Below, piece by piece: positions 15,175 to 26,262 of a stretch of DNA of 64,000 nt (the first letter of the stretch is position 1; each line of letters begins with the position of its first letter). Position numbers and translations under genes: made by a program. Below the pieces are notes generated by a model that was not told the DNA's origin, did no database searches, and saw only the letters and a program-made list of their open reading frames with translations. Source of the DNA: Amoebidium appalachense (taxonomy: Eukaryota > Protista > Ichthyosporea); assembly GCA_963693365.1 (NCBI GenBank), contig CAVNZM010000004.1, positions 9,762,468 through 9,826,467 of the forward strand, read 5' to 3'.

Positions 15175-15320
15175 GGGTTAATCACCTTCATTTGCCCGTA
15201 ACTGTAGTCCGTGGTGGGATGAAAGGAGTAGGGCAGTGATGGGTGGCAGGGAGCAGTCCAGTGAGCAAAGAGCAACGGATGAACGGGGAAAGGGACCACC
15301 AGGTGGTGGTGGTGGTGTGT

Positions 15321-15381
<61 letters not shown>

Positions 15382-15584
15382 AGGTGGAGGGCTGGGGCAA
15401 GGGCCTGGAGGAAAATGGTGGGGAGAGGCGGCGGAAAGGGGAGGGGGGGGGAATTAATGTGGGATTGGGGGGCCGGCGGGGGGCGGGGGGGGGGGGGGGG
15501 GGGGGGGGGGAGGGGGGAGATGGGATGTGGTTGGTAACCTTGATATCTCGACTAACTGCTAATTTACGAGGAGCATGGGTGAGT

Positions 15585-15646
<62 letters not shown>

Positions 15647-16355
15647 GTGTTGCTATATCTGCAGATAGCATTGGCCAACTAATCATTTGGTTGGTTTACA
15701 TATGCACCCACTCATCACCACCTTTCACCACGAACACCAGCAGATTCTAACTGCACTGCTTCATCTCCCCTACCTGCCCACCCACCATCTCCTAGCATCT
15801 GGCTGAAAGCCCCCCTGCATACCCATATGCCATGCAAAATGCATTGGTTTTTTTGTGGGCGCGGAATGGGCCGCAAACCTAAACCACATAATGGAAATCT
15901 CAACCATGTTTGTGATAGATTGTCATTTGGGGCGGTGCAACCAGAATCATTCTGACAACAAAATAATATCAGTCTTATTACTATGACATGTTTGGTCATG
16001 TCACATCCTACTTCATATATTTATATTTCATCGTGTCACCTAACGGGGAACAAGGGACTAGGCTTGGAGGGAGGGGGGAGGGGGGGGGGGGGGGGGGGGG
16101 GGGGGAGGTCACCCTATTAAGGCGGTTCTGAAAGGAAGACTGTTGGTTCAGTCTTGCCTCTCTGGACCGTTTACGCAACAGACAGAAGTCGCCTGTGCGT
16201 TTTCGATCAGGACCTGCAACACAAAGGGGTGGGTTAGGTATGACGCAAAGGGGCATATCACAGGGAGGGGGTTTGCCTTCATCAACGGATATTTATTTTT
16301 GGCTACTACACGTCTTTCTCCCTCCCATCCATCATTCGCTCCTCCCCCTTCTAAG

Positions 16356-16386
<31 letters not shown>

Positions 16387-16455
16387 GCGGGGCCTCTTGT
16401 TCCTCCCTGTTTTAGTTTTCTTGAATTTTTCTCTTGTTTCGTTTTAGCTCGCCTT

Positions 16456-16497
<42 letters not shown>

Positions 16498-17053
16498 TTT
16501 CGTTTCGTTTTGTTGCCTTATCCTTTTCTCGTTCTTTTTTTTCTTTTCTTTTTTTTTCGTTGTTGTTGTTGTGGTGGTGGTGGTGATGGTCGTGGTGGTG
16601 GTGCTGTTGGGGTGAGGTAGGGGGGTGCGGGGAGGGGGAGGGGGCGGGGAGGGGGGGGGGGGGGGGGGGGAGGGGGGAGGGGGGGGGGGGGGGGGAGGTT
16701 GGGCTGTAGAGAGGCTGGGAGTTGTTAGTTTGGGTAAGCATATAGTCTACCATATAGGTGGGTGCCACATGATACCAAACCAAAAAGTGCCCACAGAAAC
16801 CAACAACAGTAGTGTCACCGGTGGTCCAGGCGTGATTCTTTTTCAGGCAAAAGGTACGGGAAATTGATGTCATAAACCAGAGGACCCAGAGATGACAAGC
16901 AAAAAAGAGGGGAAATAACAGCAGACATGGAGACACCAGAAGCACAGCAAAAACACACATCCCGACACCCCGACACGCAGGAGGGTGTTGCGCGTGGCAC
17001 AAGCACACACCAACCCCCTCCCTCCCCTCCCCCCACCAACCCACAACACACCT

Positions 17054-17088
<35 letters not shown>

Positions 17089-17455
17089 CCCTCCCCTCCC
17101 CCTCCCCCCTTCCAACCCTTACCCCGTCCCGTCTCCTTCATTTTATTTTCCTTTCGTTTTATTCTTTTCTGATAATATACTCCTACTTTTTTATTGTTTC
17201 ATAATTATCCTCTTGTTTCACACAACGTTCCATTCAAATTCCAGACATTCCACAGCACACACCATGGTGGTCATTGTAGTCGTCCCTCCCCTCAAAGCAC
17301 TCCTTGCACACTGGGTGCAGGTTGCCATTTTCGGGGTCCCAGTTTGCCGCCCCGTCCAATCGCATTTCGTATACCAGGTGCCTGCCGCAGTAGATGTGGC
17401 CACACCTAAAGGTAGGAGCCAATCAGAATTGTTTGTTGGACCAGACAGTGTACTG

Positions 17456-17542
<87 letters not shown>

Positions 17543-18297
17543 TACATGGAAATCTGATGATGTGCTTGGTGACTGACTATCAGCGATGTCCAAAGGACAT
17601 TAGTTGACAGAAAATTAGACTAAGTTAGGCCATCCACATACCCTACTCAATGCAAGTCTACACATGCAATATTACTCCGCCTTAGACACGCACAAGTGAA
17701 CATCACTCACCCCAACCTGACCAGTTGTGCCTATGAGCACATCACGAGTGAAAATATGCATGCACCCACCAACTATGCGCTGCATGCATTCACACGTGCA
17801 TGCACAACACATGCTAACTGTGTGCACATGAATTACATGACACGTGTTCCCACGTGCACAACATGTGCCCACGTGCAAGTCACGTGCCAGCCACGTGCAT
17901 GGACTCACTTCCTGCACCAGCACCGCCTTTCGACCAATCCCAGAGCAGTGCCACAGCCCTCGTGCCGGCACCTGTCGTTGGGTCCCTCGGGCCGCCAGTG
18001 CACACGTGTCTGCACTTAAAAGTAGTTAAAATTTAAGCTGGTGTTGCGATTGGTTGAGGCAGTTTCACAGTTGCTATGAGTAAACATTAGGCGGCAGCCA
18101 AAGCTACCTGTATGGCCAAGGCAAGAGGATGTCTGTTCTAGTAGCCGTGGTTGCTGTGGGGTGCATGTCAATTTTATATATGCCATTCTTCTCCTTGTTC
18201 TACCCCCCCCCCCCCCCTCTCTCCCCCCCAACCCTTTTCCCCCCCACCATCTTTGTTTTGGGTTTTTTTTTTTTTTTTGGTGGTGCTGGTGGTGGGT

Positions 18298-18330
<33 letters not shown>

Positions 18331-18995
18331 GAAGGGGGGAGGGGGAGGTGGAAGGGTGGGCGGGGGGGGGGGGGGGGGGGGTTGCAATTGAGGGTAGCGA
18401 ACATGGAAGCAAAGGGATCAACAAAAACAAACTACAAAAACCAAAAATTCCAAACAGCAACAGATTTGCTGGCAGAAGACAATCTAACAGAACAGAACCT
18501 AAGAGGTGCTTTATAATCAATAGACGACATGCAAAAAAAGAGCTAATCCCATATGAACAAGGCAGGTCCTGCCTCATCTAAAAAAGCGCGAAACATCATA
18601 GGGAGAAGGATGGGAAGGTGGGTGGGGGGGGGGGGGGGGGGGGGGGGGGAGGAGGGGAGGGAGAAAGCGCGGGGAGGGGGGGGGGGAGGGGGGGAGGAGG
18701 GAGGGAGAGAGGGAAGGGAGAAGGGGGGGAGTGAAAGGGAGAAGGGGGGGGGGGGGGGGGGGGGGGGGAGGTCTACAATGTTGGTGGGGATCGACTGTGC
18801 AGGTGTGGTGGTGAGTGCTGGCTGGGTGGCAGCTTTGCGTAATGTGGCTGCAAGATTATAGGTGTTTAAATATTAGGTTATTTATTTTTTTCTTTCTTTC
18901 TTTGCGTGTGTGTGGGGGGATGCTCCTCCTTTTCTTTCCTTTTTTTTTCCTTTTTCTTTTTATTGCTAACAATATCATAAATATTGTTATTATTA

Positions 18996-19039
<44 letters not shown>

Positions 19040-19995
19040 TGGCACACGAAAGGTCTCGTTGTGTAATGGGGAAGGGGTGCTGTGTGTGTGTCGACGGTTA
19101 TGTCGAGCATGGAGGTTGATGTGTTTGCCCTTTGGTGTAATGCTCGGATTCGGGTGTGTTTGTGCACATCTGCACGTTGTGTGTGCGCAAGAAGATCGAT
19201 CTTTAGTGGATAACGCTATTTCAAAGTTGCACACATGGCAGCGAAGTCTATGGGCGGGGGAAGATCCAAAAAAAGGGGGGGGGGGAGGGTGGATGGGTTG
19301 GGGGGGGGGGGGGGGGGGGGGGGGATATAACACCAAGGCTGAAGCAACCAAAAACCTCATTAAATGCAAGTCCTAGCTCTTGATACGCGGGGAAAGCATG
19401 AGAGATTCCTGAACGACACACCAAAGCAGGCCGAAAGCGCCCTCCCTTATCCCCCCCCCCCCCCCCCCTCCCCCCAGGGGCCCTCAAACAACCACAAAAA
19501 AAAAAAAAAAAAAAAAAATGAAAGGTGGGGGTCGGTGGGTGGTGGGGGTCTTCTCAAATATATCAAGAGGAGGGATATCAGTCTTAGTAGATTATGCGGT
19601 GAAGGGGGTTTATTTATATGAGCTCTTATTTGGGGGGAGGGGGGGGGGGGGGGGGGGGAGGGGGGGGCTCAAACCAACTACTGGGGTAGGAGAAGGGAAT
19701 TTCGGCACAGCATCTGCAGCCGCAGACATAAATTTACTTGTTCCCTCAGTGAAATTTCTCCACATGTCAGGAAGCGCAAGTGCAGGGCCCGTGAGTGATG
19801 TCGTGCTTGCATTCTTGCTTGTGGGTGCGGGGCCCGGGAGTGGGGGTGGTGATTGGGGGGGTTGGGTGGGACGAGGGGATGAAGTGGGCGTATTGGCAGA
19901 AGGTTGTGGTTTCGGAGACGATGTGGTGTCTTGTAGATAAGTAGAGGGATGATCAGACGCTGAGGCTAGAGAGGAGGTGGAATGATGGTGGTCGT
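9875..19995 (-). CDS. Spliced gene for a Pep7/Vac1 (rabenosyn-5-like) endosomal tethering protein with two FYVE-type fingers; 5' end not resolved
   Basis: Minus-strand exons with GT-AG ends: TRVHWRPEGPNDRCRHEGCGTALGLVERRCWCRK (~18009-17909) + CGHIYCGRHLVYEMRLDGAANWDPENGNLHPVCKECFEGRDDYND (~17407-17266) = FYVE-like 1. GPDRKRTGDFCLLRKR..NRLNR (~16213-16112). VVAWQPDQLAPSCPLCG (~14727-14677) + RFTLLNRRHHCRLCGRVFCGSPTC (~13763-13663) + IRACQTC (~13309-13260) = canonical FYVE 2 (WxxD, RRHHCR). Last exon SKQISQL..LLQAIRR.. ends at TAA 9875. The domain order matches my recollection of fungal Vac1/Pep7. Confidence 0.85.
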
Positions 19996-20892
19996 CTGTA
20001 ACGGAAAAGGTGTGATGTTAGCGTGGGGGGTTTTCTGTGTGAAGTGGGGGGAAAGACTATGCCAGAAGGGGGTGGGGTGGGGCTGGGGGGGGGGGGGGGG
20101 GGGGGCGGAAGGGCCTCCAAAGAGGTGGGACAGGAGAAAGGGCCCAAACACTGAAGATGATATGCATCATGGATGCGTGAGTTTGAGAAGCAAAGAAAGC
20201 ACCGGGGGGGACGGGGGGGGGGGGGGGAGGGGGGCGGAGGAAGGGCGGGAGGGGGGTGGTTGCGGAATCTAGGCAACCAAGACGGTGATCCAACCAAATA
20301 CGAAAAGTCGAAGTCTATGTGCTTTGTTGTTGCCAAAAGCTGAAGTGAATGTGGTGTGTGCGTGTGTAGATGTGTGTTTAACGCTTGGGTGTGTGGGTGT
20401 GTGTGTGTGCGTGTATGTGTTTTTTTTTGTTTTGTTTTTTTTTTTTTTGGGGGGGGGGGGGGGGGGAGGGGAAGGGGAGGGGAGGTGGGGGGGTGGGGGG
20501 GGGAGAGGGGGAGAGGGGGGTTGGTGGTGGAGGGGGGGGGGGGCGGGGGGCAAGGGGGGGGGACCTGTGTTAAGTGGCGAAGGTGCCTTTTGGACAAGAA
20601 GCAACAATACCAAACTTTAAAGGAATATCAAAAGGGCTGAAGAGGGAGCCTGAAAGCAGGGCCAAGCAGAAGAACAGGCAGTTCGTACTCGCTTGTTATT
20701 CCTCGTGTGCTGGAAAAGTTAAAACCAAGCTAAGGTGAACACAACGAGATCGTGCGGCCAGAGTGCAACAAGAGGTTAACAGCGATCTAGCGTGTACAAG
20801 TATGTAATAGCCGGGGCAACAAGGGGTGCGCGGGGGGGGGGGAGGGGGGGGGGGGGGGGGTTAAAGGAGAGGGGGAAGGCGGGGGGGTAAAA

Positions 20893-20927
<35 letters not shown>

Positions 20928-21465
20928 TACCATCTGCTGAGGCATTTGCAACAACACCAGCGCTTTTGCGCCAGAATTTGAAAGTGACGGGGGGCTCTAT
21001 TTGCTCCATCCCGAAGAGCGCACAACTTAACTGGAATGTCTGTGTGTTATCCCTTTCTATCGTTGTCACCTGTATAGCTATTGTTAGTGGAACATCCGGC
21101 AACCTCAAGCTACCTCGGGCAAACCGCTAACAATTGGTGTGTTACCATGAGGTGATTGGATTTGGGATGAAGGGGTGATTGCGCTATGTTGCAGAGAATA
21201 AATGCATACACATGAAAACTAGCGGTTTTTTAGCATACACAAATCACTCAAAACAGATAACAGTCATTGAGCCTACAGTTCTGAACTAGTGTGACGAAGT
21301 TTGGCTGGGATTGGTCTCCCAAACCTTCTTGTGGATTAGGGGTCGTATAGGTCTGGCAAGAATTAACGGCAGGACGGCTGAAAGAGTTTGGAAAATGGAA
21401 AATATAATTAACCTTTCAACCTGTTGAAGTTTCGGAAGATCTTTGGGTGCGTTGTAAGCCAATAC

Positions 21466-22537
21466 GTGACGGCGTGGGCTAACAGGGCTCCACGCCGATA
21501 GCGCACAACTCGCGCTGCATCCACTCTGTCACACTCCGGGTCTGGTGGTTGACGTACCGGTGAGAAGGATGCAGTGGGGGGCGCCGGGGGGACGGGGGGT
21601 GCCAGCAACTGCTGCCTGTAGGGCCGGGACACAGATGGTGGGCACCACTCGCGTGCGCACGACGGGGTCACGCAACTTGCCCGCGCCTTGCTTGATTTTC
21701 CGCAGCCGTAGGGTGATGCGGTGGCTTTGTAGGTGCGGGCCTTCAAAACCACGTCTTCTGCGAGCAGTTCGGTGACCGTGGTCCACGCAGGCCCCAGAGG
21801 TAGGCCAACAGGAGCACTCCCAGGCGCCGCTGTGTGTCGGCGGTGGTCTGCGGCTGGTGGGTGAGGATGAGGGACACCCATTCGGCATCGAACCGCCGCG
21901 GGTCAGCCAGCTTGTCGGGGTTACGCTGCATATGGGTGCGGGTGTACTCCTGGGTGAGGGCGGACATGACCGATGGGGGAGGGTATGGGAGCCCCCAAAG
22001 TTCGTTTACCTTGCGCAGGGCAGAGAGCTTGCCGACCACCGTGCCCGGCGCGTAATTTCGCTCCATCAACTTGGCCACATACTCAGTGGCAACCGTGCCG
22101 GTGAGGGGCCAAGGGGCGAAGGCGGACTCTTGACAAAACTGAAGGTAAAACCGAATTTCCATCTGGTAGCGCTCCCAGGTGGCGGCGGCAAGGGTGTTGC
22201 TGATCAAAACATCCACATTTGCCCTGAGGGTCGGGGGCATAGATTGGACCACAGCCGCACGCCACGCACCAAAGTCGCCGATGGGAGAAACATAAACACG
22301 CCCCGTCGCGGAGGGGTTTACATCCACAGTGGGAGGGGGCCCCGCAGCTGGGCCCCCCACACCACCTTCTTGACCGGGCAAAATAATCACCCCTTCAGGG
22401 GCACCGGGGGGCGGAGAAGTCGACCTTGGCGGCTCCGCAGGTGCTGGGGAAGGGGCAGGACTGCAGAAACGACCGGGACAGTGTCCTCCGCCGCGGTGGC
22501 GAAGTTCAAGGGCCAGAGGGGCATTTTCCGCAGCGAC
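21466..22537 (-). pseudogene. Tyrosine recombinase, truncated left copy
   Basis: ORF 21743..22390 and the following frames match the right YR up to NAVT/HAVT; HCLRH and the catalytic Tyr region are missing. Confidence 0.8.
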
Positions 22538-22569
22538 CTAATAAACAACGAATGGAAGAACGTGGAAAC

Positions 22570-23427
22570 TCAACACGGTAGAACAGTGTAAATCAAAGTA
22601 AACGAAATTTTTGGGGAATATTGCTGCGCTATGGTACAGTGCCCAGCGTATGCCGCTGGGAGAAGGAAGGCGAAGGGACCTCTACTGGCGCGGAGCGCCG
22701 GTAGAGTGACTGCCACTTGGTGCCGTCCTGTTGGGATTGGGGTAGCCTCCGTGGCCGCCCTCGTGCGTGCGGGCCCGCCCTCGCTAGCTTGCTTGTTGGC
22801 CGATGCGCGAACCAGCTCGGCTTCGCGCTCCTTCTGTTTGGCGTGCGCAACAGCCTTGGACCACTTGGCGCCGTACTTGGGGTTGTACGTCTTCTCAATT
22901 TGGGCGCGGGCGACCTCTGCAACTGCAACTGCGTGACCCTCCGCGCGCCGAATGTACAACAGCTGGAGTCTGTCGCCGCCGTAACTGATGAGGTCGACGA
23001 CGAGCTCGCGGAGCAGGGTAAGCTGACGGGCCGCAAAGGCGTCCGCCAACTCGTTGGCTAGCTTGGGTAGTGCAGCGACCAAATTGAGCGCCTGCACACC
23101 CGCATTGACCAGCCCTATCCACTGTTCAGCCTCCTCCTTGATGGGCTTGGGGAGATCTCCCGCAGGGAACAATCCGTCTGACGACAATGGCAGTGGGCCA
23201 AACGGGAAACGCCCGTCAACCACAAAATGCTCGACGGCTTGCAGAGATGCGTGCGACTCCACGAACTCGCCACGGGTGAGTCGTAGCACGTTTTGCTGCG
23301 GGTTCCAAGTTTGCCGAACTTCAAGGCGCTCACATCGCTGCTCGTCCAACTCCTCCTTGTTGTTGTTATCAGCCGGAAGGAGCCTGCGAACCTCAGCGCT
23401 ATACAGGTTGAAGGCAGCGTTCTCCAC
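22570..23427 (-). CDS. ORF1 of the YR element (gag-like by position; helical, no motif recognised)
   Basis: 285-codon ORF (MENAAFNLYSAEVRRLLP...) downstream of the TATA-containing terminal repeat. The C-terminus probably shifts frame at a ~10-bp deletion relative to the right copy, whose equivalent ends ...GSHSTGAPRQ* at 24469. The start is a non-ATG codon as assembled. Confidence 0.55.
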   Translation of the reverse strand: MENAAFNLYSAEVRRLLPADNNNKEELDEQRCERLEVRQTWNPQQNVLRLTRGEFVESHASLQAVEHFVVDGRFPFGPLPLSSDGLFPAGDLPKPIKEEAEQWIGLVNAGVQALNLVAALPKLANELADAFAARQLTLLRELVVDLISYGGDRLQLLYIRRAEGHAVAVAEVARAQIEKTYNPKYGAKWSKAVAHAKQKEREAELVRASANKQASEGGPARTRAATEATPIPTGRHQVAVTLPALRASRGPFAFLLPAAYAGHCTIAQQYSPKISFTLIYTVLPC

Positions 23428-23590
23428 GCTAGGCGAGGAATTAGTGTGACAAGTTCTGTCACCTACCGTAGCTTACTTAGATCTAAGTGTGCGAAGGGGA
23501 CTGCAACCTCAGAACCGAGCTCTCGCCAAAAGCGCCGCATGAAGTGGGTGTGACGTTGGGAAATGAGCTAACGACTAGTAGGAGCTCGCT

Positions 23591-23633
23591 CCTTATATAC
23601 CAACGGAATCCAGGGCTCCGTTGGTATATAAGG
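23591..23633. promoter_or_regulatory. Back-to-back TATA-like boxes (GGTATATAAGG) in the element termini; putative divergent promoter
   Basis: TATATAAG lies ~8 bp inside each terminal repeat and ~170 bp upstream of ORF1. It is also retained in repeat A2 (26061-26071). Function is inferred. Confidence 0.5.
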
Positions 23634-23796
23634 AGCGAGCTCCTACTAGTCGTTAGCTCATTTCCCAACGTCACACCCACTTCATGCGACGTTTTTGGCG
23701 AGAGCTCGGTTCTGAGGTTGCAGTCCCCTTCGCACACTTAGATCTAAGTAAGCTACGGTAGGTGGCAGAACTTGTCACACTAATTCCTCGCCTAGC

Positions 23797-24469
23797 GTGG
23801 AGAACGCTGCCTTCAACCTGTATAGCGCTGAGGTTCGCAGGCTCCTTCCGGCTGATAACAACAACAAGGAGGAGTTGGACGAGCAGCGATGTGAGCGCCT
23901 TGAAGTTCGGCAAATTTGGAACCCGCAGCAAAACGTGCTTTGGCCCACGGCCCTTGTCGTCAGACGGATTGTTCCCTGCGGGAGACCTCCCCAAGCCCAT
24001 CAAGGAGGAGGCTGAACAGTGGATAGGGCTGGTCAACGCGGGTGTGCAGGCGCTCAATTTGGTTGCTGCACTACCCAAGCTAGCCAACGAGTTGGCGGAC
24101 GCCTTTGCGGCCCGTCAGCTTACCCTGCTCCGCGAGCTCGTCGTCGACCTCATCAGGTACGGCGGCGACAGACTCCAGCTGTTGTACATTCGGCGCGCGG
24201 AGGGTCACGCAGTTGCAGTTGCAGAGGTCGCCCGCGCCCAAATTGAGAAGACGTACAACCCCAAGTACGGCGCCAAATGGTCCAAGGCTGTTGCGCACGC
24301 CAAACAGAAGGAGCGCGAATCCGAGCTGGTTCGCGCATCGGCCAACAAGCAAGCTAGCGAGGGCGGGCCCGCGGGCCCCTACACGCACGAGGGCGGCCAC
24401 GGAGGCTACCCCAACCCCAACAGGACGGCACCAAGTGGCAGTCACTCTACCGGCGCTCCGCGCCAGTAG
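23797..24469 (+). pseudogene. ORF1 (gag-like) of the right copy, disrupted by a ~100-bp internal deletion
   Basis: Matches the left ORF1 but lacks the segment equivalent to ~23200-23290; split into ORFs 23797..24015 and 23762..24469. Confidence 0.7.
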
Positions 24470-24614
24470 AGGTCCCTTCGCCTTCCTTCTCCCAGCGGCG
24501 TACTGCTGGGCACTGTACCATAGCGCAGCAATATTCCCCAAAAATTTCGTTGACTTTGATTTACACTGTTCTACCGTGTTGAGTTTCCACGTTCTTCCAT
24601 TCGTTGTTTATTAG

Positions 24615-25870
24615 GTCGCTGCGGAAAATGCCCCTCTGGCCCTTGAACTTCGCCACCCCGGCGGAGGACACTGTCCCGGTCGTTTCTGCAGTCCTGCCCC
24701 TTCCCCAGCACCTGCGGAGCCGCCAAGGTCGACTTCTCCGCCCCCCGGTGCCCCTGAAGGGGTGATTATTTTGCCCGGTCAAGAAGGTGGTGTGGGGGGC
24801 CCAGCTGCGGGGCCCCCTCCCACTGTGGATGTAAACCCCTCCGCGACGGGGCGTGTTTATGTTTCTCCCATCGGCGACTTTGGTGCGTGGCATGCGGCTG
24901 TGGTCCAATCTATGCCCCCGACCCTCAGGGCAAATGTGGATGTTTTGATCAGCAACACCCTTGCCGCCACCACCTGGGAGCGCTACCAGATGGAAATTCG
25001 GTTTTACCTTCAGTTTTGTCAAGAGTCCGCCTTCGCCCCTTGGCCCCTCACCGGCACGGTTGCCACTGAGTATGTGGCCAAGTTGATGGAGCGAAATTAC
25101 GCGCCGGGCACGGTGGTCGGCAAGCTCTCTGCCCTGCGCAAGGTAAACGAACTTTGGGGGCTCCCATACCCTCCCCCCATCGGTCATGTCCGCCCTCACC
25201 CAGGAGTACACCCGCACCCATATGCAGCGTAACCCCGACAAGCTGGCTGACCCGCGGCGGTTCGATGCCGAATGGGTGTCCCTCATCCTCACCCACCAGC
25301 CGCAGACCACCGCCGACACACAGCGGCGCCTGGGAGTGCTCCTGTTGGCCTACCTCTGGGGCCTGCGTGGACCACGGTCACCGAACTGCTCGCAGAAGAT
25401 GTGGTTTTGAAGGCCCGCACCCACAAGGCCACCGCATCACTCTACGGCTGCGGAAAATCAAGCAAGGCGCGGGCAAGTTGCGTGACCCCGTCGTGCGCAC
25501 GCGAATGGTGCCCACCATCTGTGTCCCGGCCCTACAGGCAGCAGTTGCGGGCACCCCCCGCCCCCCTGGCGCCCCCCACTGCATCCTCCCCACCGGTAAC
25601 GTCAACCACCAGACCGAATGGATGCAGCGCGAGTTGTGCGCTATCGGCGTGGAGCCCCTGTTAGCCAACGCCGTCACCTTCCACTGCCTCCGTCATGGCA
25701 TGGTCGGCACGGCCAAGGCTGCGGGGGTCTCTGACCAGCAAATTGATTGGCTCGACGTCTGGCTTGGCACGAAGCCGGCCACCTACGGCACCGGCCACCA
25801 ACATACAGCCGACGACGTGCTGTATTTTGAAGCCCAGGCTGCGGGGCCTTGTTTGCAGTTGATTGTGTAA
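24615..25870 (+). pseudogene. Tyrosine recombinase (phage-integrase family), frameshifted
   Basis: N-terminal SAM-like region NTLAATTWERYQ..FLQFC...YAPGTVVGKLSALRK; box I LLAYLWGLR followed (after frameshifts) by TTVTELLAEDVV-FEG..ITLRLRKIKQ; box II TFHCLRHG...AGVSDQQIDWLDVW...ATYG. Frameshifts near 25175, 25370 and 25407. The frame opens after ttattag|GTC (24615) without an ATG. Confidence 0.85.
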
Positions 25871-26050
25871 AGCATCTCTAATAAGCTTGTAACGACGCAA
25901 TACTTGTCTGATCACCGGAAGGCAGCAGTCGACGCAGGTAGCAACCATACATCTAAATACTTGGCTTGATTCATCAAGCACTATTTAGAGTGTATTCTAG
26001 GGCACTCAATGGTTGAAATGGTGTTTCTAACAATGATAGCCCATTTGGGT

Positions 26051-26160
26051 GAGCTTCGTTGGTATATAAGGAGCGAACTCCTACTGGTCGTTAGTGCACT
26101 CATTTCTCAACGTCACACCCACTTCACCCACCCACCCGCCCGAGCTCTAGGGTTGCATCC
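26051..26160 (+). repeat. Direct repeat (A2) of the YR element 5' terminus
   Basis: cgttggtatataaggagcgaactcctactggtcgttag(tgca)ctcatttctcaacgtcacacccacttca matches 23619-23684. Confidence 0.9.
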
Positions 26161-26226
26161 CAACATTGCATTGGATGCACAGCTTCCGAGCTTTATGCGC
26201 ACGTCCCCACAACACAACACACACAC

Positions 26227-26262
<36 letters not shown>

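Larger units (their letters stand above)
21466..23607 (-). mobile_element. Tyrosine-recombinase element (DIRS/Ngaro/PAT-like), left copy; 3'-truncated before the HxxR/Tyr catalytic box
   Basis: Reverse complement of 23617-25677. Carries the 5' terminal repeat, the gag-like ORF and the YR N-terminal two-thirds. Homology to the right copy stops abruptly at ...gccgtcac (21466). Confidence 0.8.
21466..25677. repeat. Giant imperfect palindrome: ~2.1-kb arms with a 9-bp spacer (23608-23616, atccagggc)
   Basis: ...ccttatataccaacgga-atccagggc-tccgttggtatataagg...; mirror ORFs 23483..23737(-) and 23487..23741(+). The arms differ by scattered substitutions and several indels. Confidence 0.97.
23617..26160 (+). 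mobile_element. Tyrosine-recombinase element, right copy: terminal repeat A1 - gag-like ORF - YR - repeat A2; no RT/RNase H
   Basis: YR motifs are present. 23617-23684 recurs at 26056-26126 with a few substitutions and a 4-bp insertion, and weaker similarity continues to ~26160. A possible B2 remnant at 26539-26557 may extend the element. Confidence 0.8.

Noticed and set aside
17755-17900. Cluster of CACGTG/TGCA palindromic E-box-like sites
   Set aside because: Explained by decay and interleaving of (CA)n and (TG)n repeats, seen in many introns here.
19185-19250. Candidate exon LRCHVCNFEIALSTKDR as an N-terminal zinc finger of the Pep7-like gene
   Set aside because: Its phase is incompatible with the flanking exons, which splice in frame without it, and it lacks a GT donor.
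23483-23741. Two mirror 84-aa ORFs across the palindrome centre
   Set aside because: A consequence of palindromic symmetry in the non-coding terminal repeats; no coding signature.
21466-25677. Palindrome as a nanopore fold-back or chimeric artefact
   Set aside because: The arms differ by transition-biased substitutions and 10-100-bp indels, and have different outer flanks. Not fully excluded without reads.
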